Of a DNA stretch of 64,000 bases, positions 14,182 to 29,229 are shown piece by piece (position 1 is the stretch's first letter; each line of letters opens with the position of its first letter). The DNA is taken from assembly GCF_009914755.1 (NCBI RefSeq), contig NC_060936.1; one strand, given 5' to 3'. Both the position numbers and the translations under genes were made by a program. The notes below the pieces were generated by a model that worked only from the letters and a program-made list of their open reading frames with translations, searched no databases and had not been told where the DNA came from. Source of the stretch: the human T2T-CHM13v2.0 reference genome, Homo sapiens.

Positions 14182-14359
14182 TCCTAAATGAACAGACACC
14201 TGCTTTTTTGGAGTTTATAGTCTAGTGTTGGGGGATAGATGATAAGCAGCACATATCATGCATATGGAAATTGCAGTCTATGTAAAGAAGTGTTTCATAG
14301 AAAGAATGAAAAGATGGAACAGAGTAAGGAGGAGTGGTAGTAAGTGCTGTAGGTTGTGA

Positions 14360-14682
<323 letters not shown>

Positions 14683-15248
14683 TAGGGCTGTAATTTTAGC
14701 CTCTTTGGGAGGTGAATCAGGAAAAAAAATTTTACTTCTGGAGGTTAAGCTCCATGACCTGGAAATGATCAGTCCTTTGGGTCCAGCTCAGTGCTGCAGA
14801 GCTTTGGAAAATTCAACTTCAGAGATCACCCTTACATCAAAAAAATATATAACCTTCCTGAACCAAGGGACATCTTAGCCTCCAAATAAAAATAGAGCAA
14901 ACTGACACGTGCTGGAAATAATTATTTTCTGCCCCTTTTCAGGAGTGTTTAAATTCTCTTTCTTAACACCTACAGTGCTCTATCATCATTAATGCAGGAC
15001 AGTGCTAATTTGATGGAATTTTTATTGCTTGTTGTCAGCATCTCACTTTTCTTTCAGAGCAAAAATAGTGCGAGTTCAGCCTCTCTCAACAGCACTGTGA
15101 GTTTTTTGTTTTTGTTTTTTTTTCTTCTCGTTGTGCAAAGATTCCTCTGTCTGTTTAGGTTGATTTCTTAAACCCAACAGAAGCAATTGAAGATATTAAC
15201 GTCTTGGGGAAGTTGTAGTAGTTGATGCTGATAAAACTTGGGCCAATA

Positions 15249-15250
<2 letters not shown>

Positions 15251-15287
<37 letters not shown>

Positions 15288-15288
15288 T
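15251..15288 (+). repeat. (GT)n microsatellite
   Basis: (GT)15 followed by atgtgtgt. Confidence 0.95.
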
Positions 15289-15321
15289 ATAACATCCGCC
15301 CCACTGCTTCCCAATTTATAT

Positions 15322-15628
15322 TAGATCAACTTACAGTTTTTTTTTTTTGACTTCATGATGGTGTGAAAGTGATATGCATTCAGTAGAAAACACACTTCAA
15401 ATTTGGAATTTCGATCTTTTCAACACTTTATTATGAAATAGGCTTTGTGTTAGATGATTTTGCTCAACTGTAGACTAATGTAAGTGTTCTGAGCACTGTT
15501 AAGGTAGGCTAGGCTAAGCTAGGATGTTCAGCAGGTTAGATGTATTAAACGCATTTTCAACTTAGGATATTATTTTCAACTTATTGGGTTTATTGAAATG
15601 TAAACCTATTGTAAGTCGAGCAGCATGT
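15322..15628 (-). mobile_element. MER47/Tigger5-family non-autonomous DNA transposon
   Basis: taggctttgtgttagatgattttg...aaggtaggctaggctaagcta...gtaagtcgagcagcatg matches the reverse complement of MER47A as recalled. Confidence 0.8.
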
Positions 15629-16241
15629 ACATACACAAATACATATATAAACCTACATGTGCATATACATATGCAAACATAGATATATATTTAAGATTTT
15701 ACTAAAAAAGTATATTAATATTGTGGTTTTGGTAATTTGGTAGTCATATAGAGGTACTTGCTTTCTTGGTTGCTCTCTTGTTTCTTTACCACAATTCTTT
15801 ACCAAGCACTGGCACCAATGAATATTTGTTGAATAAATAAACAAACTGCCAAAAACAGTTAGCGATTACTGGATTCCAACTTATTTTTCCACATTTGCAT
15901 AAACTGATTTATGTCACTGAAACAAAATTTGGTAAATATATAGCATATTGTTACGGAGGTATCATTGTGATATATTTATTCATTTCTACATCTGTGTTTT
16001 TTGTTTTTAAAATGATTGCAGGGGATATAATTTGACTCATAGGGCTTCTGAATTCAGGAAGCGTAAGACTCTTAGTAGTTAATACTTTTTTCATATACAT
16101 TCAACCTAGGGAGAGAATACTGAGCAAGAGAATAGATTTCAATAAATGTTCTTGATTTAAATGTATTTAAATTGATAATATTGAAGAAATTATGCACAGC
16201 CCACCATTTTGTTTTGGGTGCCATTTAATCCTATCAAATAA

Positions 16242-16382
<141 letters not shown>

Positions 16383-17432
16383 TGAAGCTGTGAATGAAAA
16401 TACCCTTCCCATGCAAACTGGTTCAAGGTCAGGGAAAATATTGATTTGTTTGTCTGAGCATTTCTACTCACAGATACTCCATAAATATTTAACATAGAGG
16501 ATTTGGCACCTCGGATGTGGGTGCCGACCTCACTTTTCGCACTTGTGAAAATGGGTCATGCCTTTCTGGATTTGTGGTGTGACTCAAATGGATGAGCAGC
16601 CACGTGTACAAATCAACAGCAATGACAAATGTATGCCCAAATCTTGGGTAACAAATGGCAGGCCTAAATTTAGTGCTAAAAAGTGGGCCATGAGCTAGCA
16701 GTGATCCTACTGACTGAAATTCACTTGCGAATGTGGCTTGGCTACTCTGATTTCCATCACCTCCCTGGCTCCTTTGGACTCCCCAGCATCTACTTCCTAA
16801 AAGGGAGTTTGATGTTGTTTCAGCTTCTTCAAAATTAATGTGCATTAAAACATGTGTGGACATAAACAATTTGGAAAAACAAACCAAACAAGTATATTAT
16901 CAGAGAGGTATCTATTATGTGTAATGGTGCCTAAAGAATGTCACTTTGTTTTAAAATACAATAAAATGGTCACTTTTTTTTTCCAGAAATGTTGAGACCT
17001 GGAATATTCTGATAATTTAAATATTCTGGTCTTTTAAGAATTGCCATTTATACCATGGGGGGATAGCAAGTTTTGATGCATTTTAAATGCAGTGTGATAC
17101 ACAATCTAGAATAGTACTGAAAATAATTTAATCTTTCTTTGACTATTCAGACTAAGGTCAGGATTGTGGACCATTCTTGAGTTTTTATTTTGAGCATTGA
17201 TTATCCTTATGTAATATAAATGGGAAGTATATAGTTATTGGTACTTTTTGGCCATTTGCATTATTGAAAGATGCAAAGTAATTGTAGTTTTATTGAGTCT
17301 GGTCATTTTATGACTTCATTCATTCATTCATTCATTCATTCCTCAAACATTTGGTTGAACACCTAGTGCCAGGTACTATGGCAGTCACTGGGGATAAAAA
17401 GACAAGTAATAATGATGAAGAATAAGAAGAAA

Positions 17433-17738
17433 GGCCAGGTGCATTGGCTCATGCTTGTAGTCCCAGCACTTTGGGAGGCTGAGGTGGGCGGATCACCTGA
17501 GGTCAGGAGTTCAAGATCAGCCTGGCCAACATAGTGAAACTCCATTTCTACAAAAATGCAAAAATTAGCTAGGCATGATGGCGGGTACCTGTAATCCCAG
17601 CTACTTGGGAGGCTGAGGCAAGCACTTGAACCCAGGAGGCGGAGGTTGTAGTGAGCCGAGATTGCGCCACTGCATTCCAGCCTGGGAACAGAGGAGACTC
17701 TGACAGAAAAAAAAAAAAAAAGAAAAAAAAAAAAGAAA
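17433..17738 (+). mobile_element. AluS (Sx/Sz-like), sense, in intron 9, flanked by L2 ((ATTC)n at 17317-17341) and MIR (about 17745-17985) relics
   Basis: ggccaggtgcattggctcatgc...poly-A tail; small deletion in the right arm (gctgaggcaagcacttgaacc). Confidence 0.95.
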
Positions 17739-20700
17739 ATAATGATAACAGCCAGAACAAGCATTTAAATAGACAATATTTCTGGTGCTTTAGACATATT
17801 AACCCATGTAATGCTCATAAGAACCCAATGAGATAAGGGATATTTATATCACAGATGAGAAAACTGAGGCATAAAGACATTAAGGAACTTGCCGAAGATC
17901 ACACAGTTAATAAGTGTTGATCTGGGCTCAAATCCCAGCCATCTAGGCTCTAGGATCTGAGCTCCTAACCACTAGGCTGCACTCCCTGTGATCCCTGCCA
18001 TCAAAGAGTTTACAGTACATTTTAGTGCAAGAGATAAACAACCAATCACATAATACAAAAAGTGTGACAATGAAAGAAATGTGCCTGGCTCATATTAGGC
18101 CATGCCTGAGAAGCCTTCCTGTCAAGGGCCCTGCTGTCCATGCTGATTCTTGAGGAATGGAAAGGGTAAATAAGGAAAGGATGGGGTGCACCAGTCTGTC
18201 AGTGGAGAGCCACGTGTGGACCCTCAAGATTCTAGCTGAAGCCTGGTCCATTGAAAGAACTGTCTGGGGTTCACTGGAAAAGAGGATAATAATATTCAAC
18301 CTAACAAAAAACTGATGACCTGATGTAGTATGGTAATTTTTTTAAAAAGTAAATTCTCAACAAAGAATCTATTTGGTGTTAATCTTAGTGCAGTGGGCAA
18401 AGCCCACAGCAACAGCATAATGCCATATCCCCAATAAGGGCATGCACTCTATAGAGTGTTTCTTGATTTCCCTGAACAAAAGAGTCAGAAAATGATGTAG
18501 CTCTTGAGCTGTGTCTATTTACATCCTCCTCAGACGGTTTATAAGTTACACCAGAAACAAAGGAAACGGATCTCTCTCATGGCCCTGACTTTCCACAGGA
18601 TCTTCTGGTCTGGTTAATGAGGCATGTGTGGGCAGCACTAGGATGAATCTGTTGTTTTTGTTCCTACTGGTGTGGACAGAATCGTCTGGAAATGGAAATC
18701 AGCCAGAAATACGTACCAAGAAGGGCATTGTTCACAGAATACCTTCTTGCTCTGGTCCATTACCTCTAGTCATTAACATTCTTCCATTCTCCAATTTCTA
18801 TACCTCAACACCCCTAAGATTGCTACACTGGACCATTTTTACAATTCAGAAATACTTTCTATGTGAAATATCTTCTGAGTTTTCACAGAGAATACGTAAC
18901 ACAAGATGCTTTCCCTAGCATCTCTTCCCCCACATTCTCCTTGCTCTGCTTGTGAAAGTACCCAGAGCCCTCTCAAAGCACTTCTGAGTACTTTTAACCT
19001 TTATTTGAATGAAAAAATGATAGTCCTGGACCCATGTAGGGATAACTTTATTAATAGCGTTATCATAATTCCTGTGTAAACAAGCTTACAGTTTTGAGTG
19101 CAGTTACCTTTTGCAGTAAAATATTTTATGCTGTTCCAACTGCAGCCCAAATGTAAGTCCCAGCTACTGGAGGGTTTTGGGGTCATCTTTACAACTTTTT
19201 AGATTGGGTTGCTGGAGGTTTTGGTGTCACCTTTATAACTTTTACATAAGTATCCACAATCATCTTCTCTTCTTAAACAGAACACATTCTATACTTTGTG
19301 CTATAAGGGGCTAAATTTTCCTGAGACATAGATGTTGTTCTTTAGAGCTGGCCAAGTACTTCCGAGTGGTATACCTATAGTTCAGATAACTTTCATTTTT
19401 TCCTCTTATTTTTTGACAATACTTATTCTTTTTGAAGATAGAAACAAAATAAATATGGAAAAGCTTGTAAAAGTTAGCATAAATCTTACAACCATAAACA
19501 CTACTTTTTCCCCCACAGCAATGGTTGCCCCTCTCTTATTCTAATGATCTGTTCTGTGGTGTACTTACAGGAATGCCAAAAAGTGCATTTGGGTGGGGCT
19601 TTTCCATACCTTTCATAACTGTGGAGAACAATTAACAATGAGCTGAGTCACCTGGAACACTGACTTTAAAGAAAAGGTTGAAAGTAGGATTATTGCCTTA
19701 CCCACAGTCTAGCTTGTGTCTTTCCTTTCACACTTTTTCTCTTTATCCTGAGTTGATCTAACTATATGTCTATCGTTTTTTTGATATATTATTTGCTTGC
19801 TTATTCATTAATTTTGTTCAACAAACACAAAATTGATGGTCCAAGATTTCAAGAACTTGGAATGTAGTAGGGAAATTCTAAGAAAGTGATGATACAGATC
19901 TTTGTTGAGTCCAGTTCTCTTGGAGAAGTGACAGTAAAGTTTGTTCACTTCAGGTGGTGAGGAAATGATTGCTAGCCAATGAACTGGCTGAGTCTTGTAT
20001 CAAAAAGTTAACCCATCTCAAAAGCAAAAGGCAATTTCTACTCCTTTTTCATGAGTAAAGGTAAGGTCTAGATATTTATATCTTTCAGGCCAGAGATTAG
20101 ATTTTTTTTTTTTTTAGCATCCACCCCATAGTAGTTGCTGACATATTACATATAAACACATCTGTTTCGCTCTTTGGGTTTTGAAAAAGCTGATGGTTTA
20201 AACAAATTTACTTATTATTTTTTGGCTTTAGTTTTAGGATATCTTGCATGGCAAATTTATTGTGTTGCCTTGATATAGCTATTATCAAGCTTGAATGGCT
20301 ATTCTCAGAATAGCTTTATATTTATTACAAGCAATTTGTATTTATTACCACTTGCAGCAACTCTGGGAGGTGGTCAGAATTAGTGCTAGTCTGTATAGAA
20401 GAGGCCCAAGGGCCTTGCAGGTTCTCTGATGTCATCTGTTTGGTCAATGGTGTGACTAGAGTAAGGACTCGCTGCTGCTGAGCTCTCACGTTTACCCTGT
20501 TCAGATGACTTTCGAGTCCCTTCCTCCTGCTCTTTCTTCTCATGAAGTTAGTGGTGTTGGTAATGACAGAGTAAATGCTGGACGTTGGGAGCTGGAAACT
20601 CTGTCTTTGGTTTTTGTGGAAGGATTGCTTGAAGATGGAGGTTGTTCCCTCAACCCTGCAGCTTATTCAAATTGGTGAAGCCTAATCGCTAATTTAAAAA

Positions 20701-21254
20701 AGTGTAATGCATCATTGCCTAATTTGGCAATGGGGATATAGATGTCACATTGTGTTTGTTTAGCAGGATGAGCCTTTGAGGGAGGCTCAAAAATATTATA
20801 TACACACATAATGCATTTACACATATACGTATGTATATATTTGTTGTTCTTTTGATGTGGAAAAAGATGACTGTGATGTGAGTGTAAAGTGTTTGCAAAT
20901 TCTTATTCAGAATCTAGGGCCCAAACTATTCACAAACCTGACTTCACACTTGAGTTTTTTTTTTTTCCAACTTTAACCAGTCTTAATATAGATAGTGAGT
21001 GTCACAGGGTTTGCATATAGAATAGTCGAGATAATAACTGTCATTGAAAAAGCAGGTGTCTGGGAAGAAGGAAGATTTTAAACTGATGAACCCAGGGCAG
21101 ACACTATCATAGTCTAGGACCTGAAAGCCTCAGAGCTGGGGCCGTTTAATTCTCTACGGGTTTCAGACCCCTGAGGGAGAAGGGCTGCACAAATGGTGGA
21201 AAGTGTGACTGAACACATATGTACACAAAGCATCATCTCTGGACTGAATTAGTG

Positions 21255-21490
21255 ATGATAACTAAATATACTGAGCACTTCCCATGCCAGGCACTTTGCA
21301 TCCATTACCTCATTTAATTTTGACCACAACCCCAGGTTATAGATATGACTATTAGTATTTCCATTTTCCAGATGAATACTCAAATAGGCTTACAGAGGTA
21401 AAGTAATTTGCCCAAGGACACGTAGTTAGGTAGAGATGGAGTCAGATTCAAACCTCAATTCTTAACTGTAAAGACCTGTGTTCTTAACCA
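21255..21490 (-). mobile_element. MIR SINE
   Basis: ccattttccagatgaa...acagaggtaaagtaatttgcccaaggacac...gattcaaacc. Confidence 0.75.
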
Positions 21491-24129
21491 TAAAGACCTG
21501 TATTTTTAATTACCTTATAGTATTGTCTACTAATAGTTGGATTCTGGGAAATTTTTGATATTGAAAAGAAATTTTTATATTCAAAAAGCTGGAATGGCAA
21601 ATAAGTCTTAACTTGTGCGCCAAAGTCAATTAATTGGTAGTAGCCGCCTCTGTGGAGAAGGGTGGGAAATCCATCCGCAGGCCCAGTGGGAAAGGCTGCT
21701 ATGGTCAATTTACTGTGGCTGGTGTGGAGGGAGGTAAAGGTGGTGTGAGTGCTGTGTACTTGCAGCCTGTTAAAATTATATTTCAAGAAGAGTCTTAGAA
21801 TTCATCTAGGTCAATCTTTTCAGTTTATCAAAGATAAAGCTGCAGCCCAACATGGGGTAGTTTCACTCATTTGATATTATACGTCTAGCCTCTGGGGACA
21901 GCTACATTTAGAACCCAAGTCTCCTGGTTCCCAGCCCTGTGCCCTTGTCTCTAGCACTACGGGTAAATCCAAAATAGTCCTTTTAGAGGGTGTTCTGATG
22001 AGAGAAGGTGACTCTCAAGCATTCCTGTACTTTAAAAATGGCTTCAAAGTAAAAGATTGTCAACCAGATTCTGTCAGCATTATAAAGCTTCTCTCTGCAG
22101 GAAGTTGGATTAATTCTTGCAAACTTCAGGATATCAGACTGCTAACATTTCAAGACAGAATCACTGCAGAGTTCCCTGGGGACATCAAGTAGTTTGGTTC
22201 AATGTTTACAGAGAATCCACTCTGGACATAGAGAAGAGGGTACAATAGCTGCTCCCCAAAACTGAGGGGCTTAGAGAGAGACCTGGATAGAAAATGAGAA
22301 GCAAACTCAGTCAGACTTCTCCATTGGGCAATAGAAGTTGGAATCAAAGACATGGATGCTATTTTATACCCCTTGGGACACACTGTAGTATTCAGAGATA
22401 GGAGACTTCATGGGCTGCATGGATGTTCCTGGAACTCAGCACACAGTCAGCTCATGGTCAGGTAAATGAGGCCATTTATATGGGTGACATTACTTCATTT
22501 GTTGGCTTCATTCACTGGCTGCTCCCCCATCTCCAGGTTCTTGTCATTCTCCAGGCTAATCCATGGGTACCATTATTACCCCCATATTCATTAACAGCCA
22601 AACAGCAACACTGGTCCCATACTCCATGGGTGGAAAGGTCTCCAGCAGGTAACCAGCATATCACACGCATAGCAGACTCCTGAGGGTAGGCTGCGTTTTT
22701 GAGAACTTAAGACAATTAACTTCCAGTTTTTCCTTTAAATGTTACATTGGTCAAGCGTGATCTATATTCCTAATGGCCTGCCTCAAATTACATGTGTGTG
22801 AACCCACTGGTTTTTCTTGAAGTCTGGGGCAGAGTGCCGTATGCTCTGGGCCTTTTCTTGATCTACTTTAATGCTTTTTAGCTGTTAAAATGACTAAATA
22901 CGTATCTGGCTATCCAGTGGAATTGTCACAAAATGATATTTTTTCCAAAACCACACTGATTTCAGTCTCTGTCATTGCATACACACCTCTGGAGGCATCC
23001 TCTATACATAGTGACTGCTAAGGTTGCTAATGTCTTATAGAAGCAATGGAGACACAAACAGATGAGTTTCACTTCTTTCTTGTGCTTGTCCTTGACCCAG
23101 TGAAATGTCTTTAGCTTAGCAAGGATGTCCCAAGGGAGCCATGGCTTTAATGTTCTTACAGCCTATTCTGCTACCACTCTGGCCATGACCCTGAATGCAG
23201 GGATGAGAGAGTAGGAAGACTAAACACATTGAGCCAGCCACAGTCCTTTCCATATGTACTGATGGATGAATGGACTGTTAGAACAACGTAGTACATTAAA
23301 TGTAACCAGAGTGTACGGATGCAAAGAAAGCTAATTCGAATTCTGAAAATCATGGCAAGCCAACAGGAAGCCAATTTTTTGCAGAGGGGCAACAACTTTC
23401 ATAAAGGGACATTTTGTTTCTTGAAACTGTGAATATGTTTCTAAAATTGTGGACAGAATTATTGGTCATGTGGAACCAAAATCCCTTGATGTTCACTGCC
23501 CTGCATTGAATCTAGCACAAATGCATTTGCAAGTGTAGTGACCTTCTGCTTATAATGAAGTTGTTCTGTGGGCCAAAAAAAATGAGTTCACGCTGAGAGG
23601 CCCTCTGCATTCTGTGATTCATATATGCATTTATCTGGACAATGGAACTTTGCAGGAAAGCAAATCACATGCAGGGTGCCCTTTCTCTTACATGTCAGTC
23701 TTTTGGTTCTCAATTGCATTTTCAAACTTAGGGAACCACAGACTTCTTCATGGAGGGCTGTAAATCATTCCATGCATTTTGAAATTGTTGGAGGAATGCA
23801 CGAAGAATATTGAACAGGAAAGGGTTTTCTGAATTTCTCCAGGAAACCTTAGCTGTTAGAGACTGAGAAGGTAGAAAAGTATAATGGGTGGAATCCAGAG
23901 GCTGGGATAGAGATTGTCTTCAGAATCTTCCCGCCTAAAACTCTCATTTACAGTTGAGGAAATGGAGGCACAGGGAGGTTGAATGATTGCTGAGGTTACC
24001 CAGTTAGACCTGGACTAAAGCCCCAGTTTTCCAACTCTCAGTTCACGGCAGTTTCTGCTACCCCATTTTTTCTCTCTGCCTCTCTCTCCCAACTAATTTC
24101 CCCCTTAAATTAAGAAAAAGAATTAAGAG

Positions 24130-24305
24130 GAGTATTTCTCAATATATAGTTCACAACCACTTATATTGGAGTCAACTTGGATGCCTTTAAAATGAAGATT
24201 TCTAGGTTTCATCCAGACCTGCCAAATGAAATTGAGACCCTGGATATCTGCATTTTCATAAGCTCCTCAGTGATTCTTATGCACATTGCATTTTTAGAAC
24301 CATCA
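24130..24305 (+). mobile_element. MER5-family (hAT-Charlie) element
   Basis: tttctcaa...ccagacct...atctgcattttcataagctcctcagtgattcttatgcaca...tagaacca. Confidence 0.7.
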
Positions 24306-25131
24306 ATCTAGGGTCTATAAATAGGCAGCACATGGCAGGAAATGACCACTAACTTTTAACATCACTGAATTTATCTTGAGAATATAGTCATTCATTGTTC
24401 CCTGCTGTTCTTAGTGCTAGTCATGTAGTGAGCTGAACGGAGCTAATGATGGTTCAAAGAGTAATTACGCCAGCTTTCCTGTTTTTCTAATACCTGCTCT
24501 TGGCATAACTCTGACTATTAATATTAGCTCCTTTTTTCCTCAAGTGGCAATATTTATCTGCTGTATATTGCTCTGCTGTACTTGGTGGAAGGTAAATGAA
24601 TGCTTTTTAAGTATCCTCAAATATACAGGCCCACTCCAGACTCTGTTGATACACAGTACCTGGCCTCAAAATATCTCCCAATGAATAGACAAATAGTTTA
24701 GTCAGAGCCCCAATTACCTCTCCATGCAGATAATTATTACTTCTGCCATTTAAGTGAAATTTTAGTACATTGCTTATAGCAATAAATTTTGGAGCATATT
24801 TATGCTGTCCCTGCTTCTATTCATAGCATAGATTTAAAATCCCATTTCTGTGGGGGAATAGCTCTGAACTGTCCTTCAGTATGAATTTGGCTGGTAATAA
24901 ATTAAATAATACCACAATCTCATTTTCTCCCACAGTACCTAGCATACTTAAAAAAGCAAAACAAACAAACAACCAAACAAAATCCTAGTTTCCAATTTAC
25001 CCTGCACACAGGAGAGTTCCATATTTCATGACAGACTAGTAACTGAGCAGCTCTGTAGGATTACCGAGCTATCAAATGTGTTGTAAAAATGTGATGTCAT
25101 GGAGCTTCGGAAGTCTCATTACAGAGTTTAA

Positions 25132-25290
<159 letters not shown>

Positions 25291-25311
25291 TAAACTTTTT
25301 TTTCCTCCTAG

Positions 25312-25593
<282 letters not shown>

Positions 25594-26340
25594 TGCCTGG
25601 AACTATGTTGTTGCCAGCATGATCTTTTTGGGGCTTAGCAGCAGTTCAGTCAATGTCATATAACGCAAATAACCTTCTGTGTCATGGCTTGGCTAATAAG
25701 CATGCAATTCCATATATCTATACCATCTTGTAACTCACTGTGTTAGTATATAAAGCACCATAAGAAATCCAATGGCAGATAACCACTCATTGTATGAAAT
25801 AACGTATTATGTTTAAACATCTTAAAAAGATTTGACATTCCTGCTTAGTGTCCTTAACCAAACTGCATCTAGTTAAAATTTGTAACAAATAGCCCTCTTA
25901 TGAGTCTCATTTATGCCCTTTTCTTTTTCAGATCTAAGCCTTTCCTCTGTGTTCATTAGATAAAATGAAAAAAAGCAGTGAAGCTGTTTCCATTTTCAAT
26001 AGTATCAGTGTTTTCACGCATTATTTGAGATAAACCCAGAATTGTAGGAAACTTCCCATCACAATAACAAAGGTTCAATATTCTATTTCAAAAATTGTTG
26101 AGGTAACACAGCAGTTGGAATGATTTTTAGGTTGAGTATTTACACAATGCAAGAAAACACCTTTTTACAAATGGAATTATGTAGGTTGCGTTGACCTTGT
26201 AGAACCTGAGTTATGACAAGCTTCCTGAAGTATTTTGGAAGATAGTACTTCCGGAAAGGACATTAGGAAAGACTAAACAGTGGACAATCAATCTTGGGAC
26301 TATGAATTTTATGCTGGAATAAAGTAAATTATCATGTTCA
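25594..26340 (+). other. TPH2: TPH2 3'UTR (end approximate)
   Basis: AT-rich unique sequence from the stop codon to a CA about 16 nt after AATAAA, followed by GU/U-rich ggtgttt...ttttttt. Confidence 0.8.
26318..26323 (+). terminator. Canonical polyadenylation signal AATAAA of TPH2 (a second AATAAA lies at 26374-26379)
   Basis: First AATAAA seen after the stop codon, with a downstream GU/U-rich element at 26341-26360. Confidence 0.8.
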
Positions 26341-29229
26341 GGTGTTTAAACAATTTTTTTCTGGTCAGAGGAGAATAAAATCACAGAGCTATAAAGATCA
26401 TCTTTGATTTCAGAGATGTGGAAATTGAGTCACAGAGAAGTTGTGATTTGCCTGAAGCAGTACAGTGAGTTGTACACTAACATTCACAGTCCATTGCACT
26501 TTCCTTTTGTTTTGCTGATAAATTCGTCCCAGTGCTTGCATGTGTTTCTGTGTCATCCGAGATGGGAAACTTCATCTTGGTGTGTGCATGTGTTAATATG
26601 TCATTGGAGATAGGAAATAATGCCTATCCAAACTAATGTTTATCAGTAAATAGAACTTGGTTTGTGGTCAAGGGTTGCCAACTGTATATATGTTGTTTCC
26701 CCTCACAGCTGCAAATCAGGCCAAATCTATGGAAGGTTCTCCACTTTCCTAAAGTTTGGGCAACTTTGGGTAAACAGTAGTGATGCAGCACACAGTTTTG
26801 GTGGTCTTTGCAGTAAAAGATGAAATTAAGTGGTTAAGTGAACAAATAGAAAACTGCTGAGAGTGAATGAATTTCTTTGGATTCCCTCACTGAACATAAC
26901 TACTGTTCTTCTGATTCTGCATTTGGTAGTAAGGAACACTGGACTGGGGAAGGAAGGGGCAAGAAAAACTAGAGAAAAAAAATGACAAAATAACCTTTAG
27001 CAATTTAAAATATTTACTTGAGCAATTTCCAAAGATGTTCTTTTAGTAAGAAATTACATATAATTTTAAACTAATTCATACTCTTATGTGGAGCCCACAA
27101 AGGGTCAGAAATCTTTGGACTAAATATATTCAGGAAGAACATGAGAAAGAGCTAAAAGACACATCAGGGAGAGATCAAACTAAAATGAAAACCCAGAGGT
27201 TTGAATATTGGTTGTCTTAACGATTGAGGATCTTTTATCTCTGAAGCATTCTCAGAACAACTGAATTTTGAGAAATAATTTGGTGGATAGAATGTGAGAG
27301 TCACAAAATATAAATGCTATTCCAGGTGAAGGGAATAGTGCCTTGAAAAATTGGTGGTGGAGAAATGAGGAACAAGCTAAACCAAATTTAAAAGATCTAG
27401 ATTGATCAAGCAGTCATATATTTTGATAGTTTCATAGATCCATAAATATATAGTTTCTTATATCTTGCTTTGCTAGCTTTAGATGACCCTGAATAAATTA
27501 CTTATAAATTAGAATCCAGAATCATAATCCAGAATAGCATATCCACAGATTTTCAGAACTGGTTGCTGAATTTTCTCAGAGAAGAAAATTGGCTAAGAAA
27601 TGCTCAATGTCTGCCTTCGGTGTTGTTTTCATAATTTGGTATTGCTTTAGACACAAGTCCTAGAGTCCTGTCATATATATTCATTAAAAAACCCTTACAA
27701 GTAGCCATCAAGCTTTCCCCTTGTAGTCCCATGAGATTAGAGCTTCTTAATTAAATATACTTGAGAGAGAATTATATTTAATTGTAAACAAATTCCCTCA
27801 ACAAAAAAATAGCATTTGAAGTGCCTTCTGCTTGGCTTGTAGTGGAATCCAGTTTTCTAATATGTGCAAAAATCTATCTTGTTTCAAAAATAAAAGAGTT
27901 GCAAAGTAAATGGGCTTTCCCACAGAGCTTATATAGGTATCATACAAGGAAGTGGAATTACTTGATTCTTTTTAGATTTGTTCTCCATTTGGAATAGCAG
28001 TAACCGTAGTTTTCCCCCTGTGAAACAATGGAATCATGGTTTTCATTTGTTGTGAGCATTTAACATGCAAATGCCATTACAGCTAATGGTGGGAAAAATC
28101 CTATAAACTTTAATAGCCATCATAGGAAAAGTGTTGGCAGAAAAATTCCCCGTAAGGAAATAGTGTAACAAAATAATCACAGCCAGCTTCTTGTCATATT
28201 TGATACCTGCTCAGTGTAACCATTTATCTCAATTATGCTTCATGACTTAAAGCTAAATTAAATAGATCCAAGGGCAATTATAAATTTAAAGACACTTGCT
28301 CACTGTCATCTCACTGTGAGTTGTTACTTTATTATGGCTTTGCTGCTGACTTCTGTAATCAGCTAATCAGAAATCAACACAAAATTCCTGGCAGGACCAG
28401 GGTGCTTACCTGTCACATTTTGCAAAAGATAGCCAGAATCTGATTAGTCCAGTTTTATTCTTGAAGCATTTTAGTCTATTATGAGTTAGAATAAGGCATA
28501 CAGTATATTCTTGAATGTTCCTTTTGTTTGGCATAATGAAAGCATAATAGACTATTTATAAATTATACCTTTTGAGAGTGGGAAAATTTGAACTGAAATT
28601 TCTTCTTCCTTTTTTTTTCTTCCACATTAGTGGTGAAAGTTGTGAGACTTGGGTTTCTGACTTAGTCTCATTTATGTACTGTGTAATTTACAAATGACGC
28701 TTTATGGGCATGATGTATCTGTGCTTGTCTTGCTTATAGTAAATGGGCCTGAGCCTAATGGTTGTGAAGTATTGCAACATTTACCAACATGAAAAGTCTA
28801 CAGTGAAAAACAGTGTGCTTTAACGTGAAATCAAATAGAAATACAGAGTTTCATTTTCAAATGGAGTCATGGCTGGCATCACCTCATTTTCTTCATTCGA
28901 GGAGGAAAACATTAACACAAGATGTAGTTGTCCTCCAATTCATTTGATCTAATTTTCAACTTCTAAAGAATCAAGTCTTGATGTTTATTCTTTCAAACTT
29001 GTCTTACTTATAATGAAGAAGAAAGCAGTCCAGAGTTTTCTGGTGTGTCTGAGGTTTTTTTTTTCCTTTTGGGAAATGATTCTTATGCAAATTGTCATGT
29101 TCTGGGGACACTCAAAGGAATTAACAATGGGAGACTGCTTCTTGTAATATTAGATTTGCAAATGTTTGAAATAAAACCAGTTCTAGAACATAAAATGATG
29201 GTTCTTTATAATGCGACTTGGAGTTTCAA

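Noticed and set aside
21459-21502. 22-nt tandem duplication (also 13704-13764 and about 54639-54661)
   Set aside because: Ordinary slippage duplications at or within MIR/L2 relics.
22436-22456. CTCAGCACACAGTCAGCTCA as a REST/NRSE site
   Set aside because: It needs a gap and several mismatches against TTCAGCACCACGGACAGCGCC; too weak.
24334-24344. GGCAGGAAATG as an ETS (FEV/PET-1) site in intron 9
   Set aside because: A single short motif is expected by chance in 64 kb and has no supporting context.
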